Positions 18,560-29,400 of a DNA stretch of 64,000 bases are shown here, in pieces (the first letter of the stretch is position 1; each line of letters opens with the position of its first letter). The notes under the pieces are model-generated. The model had not been told where the DNA came from and searched no databases. It saw only the letters and a list, made by a program, of their open reading frames with translations. The DNA comes from Macrostomum lignano (Eukaryota), in NCBI GenBank assembly GCA_002269645.1, contig NIVC01000056.1:744001-808000 (forward strand), read 5' to 3'. The position numbers were made by a program, and so were the translations under genes.

Positions 18560-21500
18560 ATTGACTCCATCCTGGCATCGATGGATCCAAATCGATCGTC
18601 TTGGATCTCGCTGCTCCAGCACCAGCAGCAGCACCAGCAGCTCAGCCTTAAACGCCAGTCCGACTTGTCCATATCAGCCTCCCGAGATGATGCTTCTCCT
18701 TTGTCCGAATTTGCTAACTTAAACCCCAGAAATTCTTGTCTCGAGTCCGAGTTTAACAGCAGAGCAAGCGAAGCTGCTCGAGCGTCAGTAGCGGCTGCTC
18801 TAATCGACTTTCTGGTCAGCCTGGAAGACTGGGCAACTCTGAACCGGCTTGAAGAGACTGTGCCAGTGCTGCTAAACTATGGCTTTGACTGTGCCAGCTT
18901 CATTGTGAGTAAATCACGTACTCAAAGGCTTTTAACAATGCTTTAAATTAATTAGTATTCTGAATTTTTTCACAGAATGACGTAATCACGGAGGAAGATC
19001 TACAGGAAATGGGGATCTTGTGTCCCGGCCAACGGAGGCACATCCTGGTCGCTGTGCTCGACTTGCCGAAAGGGATTCAGACTGGTGAGTCGTACAAGTA
19101 GTTAAAGTTGACAGACCTGCAGGCTAAACAAAATAACAAGACGGACACAAGGACTATACATACATTTTCAAACAATGTCCTTAACAGTTTAAGACAGACA
19201 CTAAGGCAGAAGCAGACAAGCACAAAGACACAGAAAAACCCAGCACTACTCAATTCTCAACAACAGTCGCAGCTTCCCTGTCCGCATCTGCCACTGTGGA
19301 GACATTCCTGCAACGGTTGTGCCTTCAACAGCATCTGGCAGCCGAGTTCAAAGAGCTCCGTCACTGTCTGGTTGACTGCCTCGCTGGTGTAACGGACAGA
19401 GAATTGAATTTGGTAGGTTTTGCAAAAACCTCCACCGTGTTTTTCTACTAATTCTTACAGAACCGACACTATAATAATTTTGTAAATTGCTCCTTCAGAA
19501 GTATCAAATCCATCAGCTGGGTCACAGGCGTCGTATTCTGCGCTGTTTGAGTCGCTTAAGTCTTCGATCGAGTCCTAATCTGTTGCTATGCCAACAACAG
19601 CAACAACAGCAACAGCATAGTAACAGAGTGCCTTATAACAGTTGCAACAGTAGTCACTCGTTAGATCGAACAATAGACTCCAAATATCCGGCATCCAGAA
19701 TTCGACAGTCGCTACCTCAAGAAGCCAACAAGCAGCCGAATCAGACGTTGCAGATTCACCGAAAACGTCAAAAACGAAAAAAAGAAAGTTCGATGGAACA
19801 ATTGGATCATCAAACATCGGCGTTCAAGCCTGAAGTGAAGCCGGGGTGGCCGCATCACCCGCAGGTGCTACTTGGTGGTCGAGTAGCCTATGCTGTGTCG
19901 GTGAGTCGGTGCTGTGTGCTGTGAAGATTCTTAGCGACAATGAGGTGGGAGGCTTCCCAAGCATTAATGAATGTACTAGAAGTTCCGGTTGTGATATTTT
20001 TAATCGCCGAAACGTCTCAATACCTAAACGTCACTTTAATGCGTAAACGTCAAAATGCTTAAATGTCGAAATGCCTAAATGTCGCACCTAAGCGTCACAA
20101 TGTCTGAACATCATAATGCCTAAACCTCACAATGGCTAAACGTAACAATGCCTAAACGTCACAATGCCTAAACGTCTCAATGCCTAACCGTCACAATGCC
20201 TAAACATCACAATGCCTAAATGTCAAACCTAAGCGTCACAATACCTAGACGTAACAATGCCTAAATGTCACTTTAATACCTAAAATTCAGTTTAATGCCT
20301 AACGTCACAATGCCTAAACGCCACAATGCCTAAACGCCACAATGCCTAAACGCCACAATGCCTAAACGTCTCAATGCCTAAATGTCGTCACACCTGTACT
20401 AAGTGTCGCAATACCTAAGTGTCACAATGCCTAAACGTCACAATGCCCTAAATTCACCATGCTTAAACATCAAAATACACAAAGGTCATGCAGTCAAGCA
20501 CCTCAATACCTAAACTTAACATCGACGTTAAAATACTTCAGGCATCCGAAATCCTTTCCCTTAGCTTATAAGATTATCTAAGTTTTACGCTGCTTAAAAT
20601 AAAAGTTTCACATTTTTCAAAGTTTTTAACCATCCAAAAATGGTTTCATTCCTAATTACTCAAATTTCAGTATCTCGGCTTTTGCCCGGTCAAGGACCAC
20701 ACAGACAGAGGCGAGGTCGAGTGTCACATGCGCCATTTTCGATGCAAAAGTGCCGACATATTGAAATTGCCGCAGATCAGCTTGTCGATCAGCTGCTTGG
20801 GCGTGAAGTTTGTCAATCCGGACAACGAGGTGAGGGAAGACGTAAAGGACTAGATTTCATCGCTAGCAAGGTTTTTGTAACGAACAGCTTCATATAGGAT
20901 GTTTATGGGAATAGCCACCCTGGTATTCGTTAGCTTCATGAAGCTGCTCAACAGAAATCTTCACCAATCATACTACTACAGAACATCCAACCTTCGCAGA
21001 TGGTAATCACGGAGCACAGAATCACCGACATCTATTTTGTCAGTCAGGACAGCTCGCTCAGATCGAACTTTGCCTACATCGTCAGGGACAGCTCTAGTGG
21101 CACTCACTACTGCCACTGCTTTGCCTCCCACTCTGGAGTGAGTTTGCCGTTTTCCTAATAAGTTTTATTCTCGATGCAGTTTCTGTGGGATATTTTTGTA
21201 GCTTTTCAAGTTAGCTCCACACGCTTGTAGCTTCACAAACTCGTAGCTTTACAAGCTCGTAGCTTCACAAGCTCGTAGCAATGAGGCTCGTAGCTTCACA
21301 AGCTCGTAGCTTCACAAGCTCGTAGCTCCACAAGCTCGTAGCTCCACAAGCTCGTAGCTCCACCAGCTCGTAGTAGCTCCACCAGCTCGTAGCTCCACAA
21401 GCTCGTAGCTCCACCAGCTCGTAGCTCCACCAGCTCGTAGTAGCTCCACCAGCTCGTAGCTCCACAAGCTCGTAGCTCCACCAGCTCGTAGCTCCATAAG

Positions 21501-21759
21501 CTCGTAGCTCCACAAGCTCGTAGCTCCACCAGCTCGTAGCTCCACAAGCTCGTGCTCGTAGCTATGACGCTCGTAGCTTTGCAAGCTTGTAGCTCAGCTT
21601 GACGCTATAAGTTTCTATTACAGAACCGATCATATCCACTTGCAGGATGCCGCCGTCCTGATCGTCAACACCCTGCAGGAGGCCTGCAGCTTGGCTGATC
21701 AGCTCATTGAATTTAACAGCAGGCGAACTGACCAAAGACGTCAGCAGTCTGATGCATAA
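18560..21759 (+). CDS. ANKS1: ANKS1/Odin/AIDA-1-like protein, SAM-SAM-PTB half
   Basis: In-frame GT-AG exons 18560-18904, 18976-19084, 19267/19273-19412, 19499-19900, 20671-20829, 21000-21137, 21646-21759 (TAA). SAM1 LLNYGFD..FINDVITEEDLQEMGI..GQRRHIL; SAM2 LGHRRRILRCL; PTB WPHHPQVL...YLG...ISCLGVKFV...FAYIVRD....HYCHCF. This order matches ANKS1A/B. Confidence 0.85.
20040..20470 (+). repeat. Degenerate 16-bp minisatellite AATGCCTAAACGTCAC
   Basis: Intronic in the ANKS1-like gene. Confidence 0.9.
21225..21595 (+). repeat. 16-bp minisatellite AGCTCGTAGCTCCACA
   Basis: Fills the last intron of the ANKS1-like gene. Confidence 0.93.
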
Positions 21760-22068
21760 AGGCAGTTGTTAATATTGGAAAACATTTTGGTGAAAATTCA
21801 ATCTCAAACCAATCCGATCTGTCTCTCGACTAAACTCTCTTTCAATATTTATACTCGTAGTCTGCAATAAGCTACTGTTAGTACTGTGGTAAGATAAACT
21901 CGTAACCGAAGCAGATAGCTAGGTAGCTTTGAAATTGTACCCATAAATACATACAATTTGTGTAACTTGTACCTGCTTTCATTGAACTACGCTTTCTGTC
22001 GGTGAGATTAAAGAGACAATCGATGGGTCTTTTTGTTAAAGCATTCGAGCAACTTGAATGCATATTGA

Positions 22069-22400
22069 ACTGAAGGTGTTGTAAGCTATAGTGGTTAGAG
22101 AGCATCGGACTCACGACTGAAAGGTCGGGGTTCGATTCTCGACCCACTCGGACCAATTATTATTTGTGTCCTTGAGCAAGACACTTAACTCTGCATTGCT
22201 TCAGTTCACCCAGCTGTAAAATGGGTGCCAGCATTAGCTGGGGTAATTGAGGGTGTGTGGCGACCTCCCAGTCCTTGGACTGAACAGCCGAACGCAGCCT
22301 TCAGATGCGCCGCGCAAAAGGCTGCGGCTGAGCTGTCGGATGCACGTTTTCGCATTAGGGCAGGTGTAATCAATAAACTACAATAATTACTATTATTACA
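22069..22400 (+). mobile_element. tRNA-derived SINE with CORE-like central domain
   Basis: A-box TAGTGGTTAGA, B-box GGTTCGATTC, then TGTGTCCTTGAGCAAGACACTTAACTC...TCAGTTCACCCAGCTGTAAAATGGG, resembling the CORE consensus (TGTGACCTTGGGCAAGTCACTTAAC...CTCAGTTTCCTCATCTGTAAAATGGG). AT-rich tail. Confidence 0.8.
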
Positions 22401-23006
22401 TACTGTATATGCACATGTATGTATGAGAAACTTCACCCAAGCTATTAAAATTTCTTAAGACTTCGCAACATACAGGATAAAAAAAGGAGATTGGATTTGA
22501 AAATCGCTGTAAATATACATGTTAAGTACATGAGGGCAAACCCCATGCAAATTCGGATGGTTGAACTCCCTTTCACTTGTTTCTGGCGACCTGAGTCCAC
22601 TGCGGCTGTAAAACCCAGCTAATCCTCTCGGCCTGTGCAACAGAATTTATATTCAAGCCTAGATATATATTCTTGCAGAAAATTCATTAAGTGCTGCTTC
22701 TGTCCGATCACTGCCCATACAGCAATCCGAAGTACGCGTGTACATTAGACGTACGTCGTTAGCCGTCGATGTATTGTAAAGTATACATATTTGTCTGCCT
22801 CACTCATCATGAAAGGCTGCCTTTGTTGAAATTTGTCAGCTGCCATTGTCACCATGGTGTTAAATGGTACTCTGAGGTAAAATTGGATAATTATAGTGTA
22901 TACGTTCGTTCAAACGACGAGATATCCTGCTTTTTACCCATGCTGGGGGTGACTTTTTAAGGGCTATGGCCCAAAGACGCGCTCTCTGACTTATTCCCCC
23001 TTCCTG

Positions 23007-23800
23007 GGGGGTGTTTCATATAGATCACTTGTCAGAGTTACAAGTGCGACAAGTGAGCTAGCAGTGAGTAGCGATTTCCGTTTCATAGAATTACAAGTGA
23101 CAATTGACAAGTTCTGACAAGTGACAAGTGAGTAGTGACAAGTGCTAGTTACAAGCGGTTTGTTTCATAGACATCGCTTCTTGAAGAGTGAGCAGCGTTT
23201 GATTTTCGACAAGCTTGAGTAGTCCCGCGAGATTTGTCAAACTTGTAACTATCAGATTTCGCTTCGCATGGCAACATGTTCGATTCTGATTCGGACTCTT
23301 TGGACGAAGCTATTGGCCACGTTGCATTGGCAGAGATCCAGAATTTTTAAACCAGGAATAAACTTTCAATTTGAGGATCGAATTGATTCAATTCCTTTGT
23401 TATTATAGAGGAAAATTATCCAAACAACTCGGCCTTTCTCTCGTTAAGCAGACGCAGTATGGCGTTCTTGTTTTCATCCGTGAGAGGCATTCTTACGCTT
23501 GGTAGTGGGCCAAACGTGTAAGATAGACTCTATGCCAAAGATTATATTTAAATATTGATAAATATCGTCTTTCCTCTATACAGAACTAAATCATATCCAG
23601 GGTCCAACGGGAGTCGGCTGTGGCTGCGCCTGGGACGGACTTGATGTTTGGCCCATAGATATCTAGTTTACTACTCAGTCAGCTTGTAACTTGTCACTAG
23701 ATTTACGAATCAGTCTATGAAACAAAAATCTGTAGCACTTGTAATTTTTTAACTTGTCACTATTCACTTAACTTGTAGCTTGTCAAATCTGTGTCAAACA
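23007..23800. mobile_element. Decayed DNA transposon remnant with subterminal inverted repeats (possibly PIF/Harbinger)
   Basis: 23080-23172 (GTTTCATAG...ACAAGT-rich) is inverted relative to 23713-23795 (GTCTATGAAAC...ACTTGT-rich). The interior has stop-riddled frames (MFDSDSDS.., RIFKPGINFQF) loosely like a Harbinger transposase N-terminus. Confidence 0.4.
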
Positions 23801-25481
23801 GGGAGAAATATTTTGTTGTTGTTGTTGATGATGGCTTGCCTTCGTGAGTCCTCAGTGACAACGAAGCACAGCCGGGCAGATAGGCAGAAAGATTTCTAGT
23901 CGGTATTTTTATGTTGTCCACCAGATATTTTTTGAAACGGGTCACGCGGAGAGCAGTGCGATCGCTTGTACTCGTAGATTTGCATTTGGGAGACTCCCGT
24001 TGAAAACGATACCGTGACAAGAATCGCTAGAGAGTCATTGCAAACTCTAATGCGACTCTGGAACGCCTCAAATATGACTCTAGCTACGGCACCAGAATCG
24101 TTATACCGTCGCGCCAGAATCGTTTCGGAGTCGCAGACAATAAAACGCTTTAAAGTGATTCTGGGGTGACTCTTTGACGACTTGTACCGTGACATCTCGT
24201 CGTTTTAGAGTCGTTTAGAGTCACTTCTTTCCTATTTCGACTCCGACGCGTGACTCCGGGACGCTTCTTGGCCTGGGTACCATTCTCATCGGGGCTAATT
24301 GACGTCTTGCTTCCTCTTATTCTGTCAGTTCCCGCACAAGCCGGCTTCATTTGGATTGGACAATTCTGCGTCACTCAACTGCTGCTGTCATACGCTTAGA
24401 CCAGTCCACTGACTAACTTCTTCACCAGAATCATATGGTGTCCAAGTTGATGCAGAAACTCAATCAATCTCATTCATTTCTAAACCGCTATCGCTTTTGT
24501 AAATCTAGTTAAGATTTAAGGAATTCAGTTTATGAAAGAACTTTCGTATTTTGGCTGTGTAAAAGGTCTTGGCCACAGACCAAATTCTACGCGTTAGAGA
24601 ACGCATTAGAGCAATTTCGATGAAAATCGGTTGATCCGTTTTTGCTAAAAATCGATTACATACCTAGATAGATACCTACCATAGATCTTATATTCCCTTG
24701 ATAGGCCACTTTGTATGGCGGTAATTCGGAAAATGCGACCGCTGTTTTTCGTCACTTGTGCGAAAAAGCCGACATGGGTTGCTTATAAATTTGAGTTCAG
24801 TAGCTTAGGGACATAAACGCTTTTTTTGAGAGTTTATTAGAACTATTCATGAATTGAATAAAAAGCTACTCAACCAAACTAAGAATGATGCATCCACTGC
24901 AGAGACTACTGACGAAATTGAGTTCAGTAGTTGATTTTCGCGCTGTCGCGAGTTGCAAAATTTTTTACATTTGCTTCTATGGCCACATGAGTGAGTGGTT
25001 AATGAGTGGCCCATCTTGTGTATATATGATCTTTGATACCTACCTACCGACAGACCATATTTAGTAAATGGATTTAAGGGAGCCATTGAATAGCTGAGGC
25101 CCATAAACTCTTTGCCATAGGGTCCTTTAATTGAATTCCTTAAATCGTAGCTTGATTTACAAAAGCAATAATCACATTTTCTAAAATCTAGCGTCGTACA
25201 GATAGGCTTGGACTCAATGAAACAAAAAACACATAAATGATGCAAACAATTAATAGAAAATATTTTTATAGCAGAAGCTGTTCCAGCCAAAGAAATAATT
25301 GATTTATTGATTTACGAATGCCGCTGTGTAAACAAAAAGATCGATAACGACGCTTACTTGTTACATACATAGGTGAGGTGCCACGTAAAAATATGTAAGT
25401 TACATTTAAAGAGCCAGTTTTGGTTAGAACATGCTTATTAGTCAAAGTTTGAGTTCAATACACCGATAAATACTTAAATGA

Positions 25482-26134
25482 AATATCAACATTAAGTATT
25501 AGTTAATTATTTGAGTTGCCGATGCATCCCGTCCAACATTGGACATCTTCAGGGTCGAAATTTATTTGAACAAAAAATTATTTAACGCAAACAGTATATA
25601 TATATATATATAGTGAGTGGAGAGAAGTATGAAACTACATGTAATTTTGATAGTTGAAAAACTTGTACATATTAATCGAAAGTAGAAGCATTATTGGTAG
25701 GGGAGAGTGCATGTCGGTTTCATTCCAGTCCGGTTATTAGCAAGGTAAACTAAAATATGCAGAGTTGACGGCTAGCCCCACCCATCGCGAGTTGATTATT
25801 TAACGTAGGGCTGTCTCGTTTTAATGTACAGGTCTTCTAATAGGCAGAGCAGGTGATCTCTATTGCAAAAATCAATAGCCCTAGTCATCTCGTGTGGGTC
25901 AGCGCCACAATAACTGTTGCAAGTTAGCAGGTGTTCGTTAATGGCAGAGTTTTATAGCCAGTGCTCTCTAACCCTCGTGTACAGGTGTTGATTCAATGTA
26001 GGTGTTGACAGATACAGTATATACTGTTTGCGTTAAATAATTTGGTTCAAATAAATTTCGACCCTGAAGATGTCCAACATTGGACGAAATGCATCGGCAA
26101 CTGACATAAATAACTAATACTTAATGTTGATATT
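25482..26134. mobile_element. Penelope-like element remnant: inverted ~117-bp pLTR-like repeats
   Basis: 25482-25600 is the reverse complement of 26018-26134 with a few mismatches. Both arms carry the CTGAAGATG-hairpin-GAAA hammerhead signature typical of PLE termini. Confidence 0.7.
26061..26100 (+). ncRNA. Minimal type I hammerhead ribozyme
   Basis: CUGAAGA (26064-70), extra U, stem II GUCCA-ACAU-UGGAC, GAAA (26086-89), palindromic stem III AUGCAU, AUC cleavage triplet at 26093-95, only 2-bp stem I (CC/GG). Confidence 0.65.
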
Positions 26135-26424
26135 GACTTTTATTTATCTGCTTCGATATTGCTCTGGGATCATGTCTCAGAATTTTCCGGACAAATCGCG
26201 TACATTGCAGCCAAGAAGAGTTGCAGTAAATGAGTTGCATTGACATTTAATTACGATTTATTATATTTAAAATAGTTAATTTGAAACAGAATATTGAGAT
26301 TATATCTTGAAAATTACTTAGTATTAAATTTTTTAAACAATTTCAAACACGAGACGAAACCACATGATGGACACACGGATACAACTTCACTTCATCCTAA
26401 CACGAACGTCATCGAGTTGATCTC

Positions 26425-29400
26425 TCAATCGTCGCATGTCACATGCGCAAACAGGTAGGACATGCTCTCGTTGTTCTGAATCCGTCGAATAGCCTCAGCG
26501 ATGAGAACGGAGACATCGACAGTTTTAATTTTGTGGCACTGCATCTTCTGCACCTCGTGCGGTACAGTGTTGGTCACTACCACTTCGTTAATGTCAGACG
26601 CTTCGATTTTTGTAGCCGCATCGGCGCTCAACAAACCGTGCGTTGCCATGACAATGACGCGGAAAGCGCCGCGTTCCTTCAGTTCCGTAGCCGCAGCGGC
26701 GAACTGTTCAACATCGTCGATCATGTCGTCAATGATGATGGCGATCCGGCCGGAGACATCGCCAACGAGATGCATCGGGCCTTTCTCTTTGGCCATCAAA
26801 GGCGGGAAATAGTTCATGCCCTGGTACTGGCCGGGCCTTGACAAAAACGCGCAGAAGAAAATCCAAGCCAATATTAAAGTTTCCTTGTTATAATCGCAGG
26901 ACCTTTGAGCCGGGACCCTACCTATTTTCACGCACGTTATTAAGTTCTATATTTACCTATCAGTGCACTGCAAAACCTTTATTGCACTTCTTATAGAAAC
27001 TTCTTGGTAGTCACTTGGCAGTCATATACACGCTCACACAGGGTGTACATCGCTAGGCATGTACACTCTCTGTGCCTTGACAATGTGAAGTTTAATAGAG
27101 CTCCCACTTCTAAAGTGCATTGCCTTACATCAAATGATAATATCTTTAAAGTGAAATTATAAGACTCACCTGGAAAAGCGTGCACTGTCCAGTCGGGAGC
27201 GCCTGGAATAGGATAGATCAAGTTAATGAACTTAACAAGCTGCGTATATCAAGATAATGATGTCGCAGCAACATTAGTATGGTACGAAGGTTGAGCAGAT
27301 ACTCCTCATTAGGCTATTGTCCGAAAGATGAAAGAAGCTTCAATCAATCTACAGTTGTCACATTCGAAATGAAAACATTCGCTGCTCAAACTAAGTATAC
27401 TCAGCAACAGTCAAAAGTTCCACCCCACTAAGCGAGATGATTTTTTTTTCACTTATTGCGAGTGACGCAACCTACGGCACGCGCAAAGATTATTGCCGCT
27501 TGGGGGTGGCTTGGGTCTGCTTAATGTCCAGGCCTGGACAACGCCCCGCCACACCAAGCCGATGCTGTTAGTCAACTGAAGGAACAGCTACAGCTGCGCA
27601 CTCTGCGCAGGCCTTCCCGGTCCCCAGACGTGAATCCCATCGAGCATGCCTGGGACTTCCTAAAAAACGTAGCATTCGAAAAGAGAATCCACCATAGAAT
27701 GTTGCGGAGAGCTCTGCGTCATGCCATTAAAAACGCTTCGGGGAGCGGCTTCCCCAGGACTTTCTGCGCCGCCTCATCCTTGGGATGCCCCGCAGAGTCG
27801 TCGCACTTCTGCGTGCGAGGGGATCCCACACGCATCACGATTCTAACTGAATATTGCGTAAAAATTTTATGATTTTGTGCGACTGACGTTTACTACGAGT
27901 ATTGATATTCAATCAACTTTCCCTTCCTCGCGGCGGCTTGTTGCGTAACTTGAGGGTTGAATTGTGAGTGTGAAGTTTTCGCAATTTGGAGGGTGGAACC
28001 TTTGATTGTTGCTGAGTATATTAGTTGGTGAAATAATGGTTTATACCAGCAGAAAGTTTCTTACCATTTTTGGAAACTAGAATGGATGCTGGTTAAAAGA
28101 AAGGCTTGGCTTATTACGAGCGTACATTTAATTTTTTACAACAATGTACTATTGTGGTAATTAGTTATCAACAGTCGGGTAGATGCAACCGCAAGCGCGA
28201 GTAGACTATTAAAGATGTGAGTAGAATTGTGAACACTGGTTAGCTGGATGTCTCACTGTGATGTCTCATAGTTGCAAGGACTACTCAAATACTCTTAGGA
28301 TGGGACACAATGTTCATCTTTTGGGATGTCTTGCCTTTTCTTATAGCCCCATTGATATTCATAGAGCTTTTTGTGCTGAAAAATGAAAACCTCCAATCTT
28401 TGTAGTGTGTTGTCCTGGTAAAACCGGCCTTCTAAAGTTTTCCAAGAAACGTAGTTTCCCGTTCAATTTGAGTAGTCCTTGTCTAGTTGACGCCCAGACT
28501 CTGACTAAAACCAAGCTGACAGTCGAGCACAGCCAGCAGACGACGCAAAATAAATGCACATTCGCAACAGGGCCATGGGGCAACCCTGAAGGTTGTAACC
28601 AAAAATTGGCCAGTAGGTGGGTTGTCGTTCAATTCACACCTATGAGGGCCAACCTCCAAGTCACAGTGAGTGTTACATGCCTGATGATAAAATGCCAGGG
28701 CCGCTGTACTTTCCTGTGTGAGTGTGTGTACGAGTGCTGTGCCTGCATGCAGTATTGGTGCGCTTGTTCTTATTCTTTCTTTCTTCTTTCGCCTAGGCCA
28801 GAGATGAAAAAGTAATTCGCATTTCGAAATAGATTTGAAGTTAAGCGGGGTCAGTTGCGGTTAGTACGCAGCTTATGAATTCAAATTTCAAATTCAAATT
28901 CAGTTTTTTCAATGAATATTAATTTCGAGCTATCCTACAGTCTTAACAACCGTTATTTCTCGCAAAGTAGTTCCGGAAACTGGGGGTTATTGGCAAGATG
29001 CTTTCTATCACGCGTGTAGTTGAAAACATTTAAAAAAAAGTTTTCTTTACCGCTGTTGAGGCGGTTCCCACTGTTGCAGGTCTGGGTAGCTGCAATTTAG
29101 TAGTCAGTTTAGAAAATTGCATTCGTAGGGTTGTTAGTCGAATGTTAAATGTTAGGAGATGCGGTGGACGGACACGTCGTCAAAAACCTTTTCATCAAAC
29201 AGTCATTAGGTTAACTTGTCAAACGGCGGAAAGCAGACATTTAGATTCTGTAAAAAAACTACGATTAAAGTTGCTTTTCGGTACCTTTTTGACTTATTTT
29301 AGTATTAAATAACTAATCTTAAATATTTATTTCAATTAAACTGTTAGAACAAGATCACATGTCGACTTTTCCATTTGACGAAAAGGTTTTTGACAAAATT

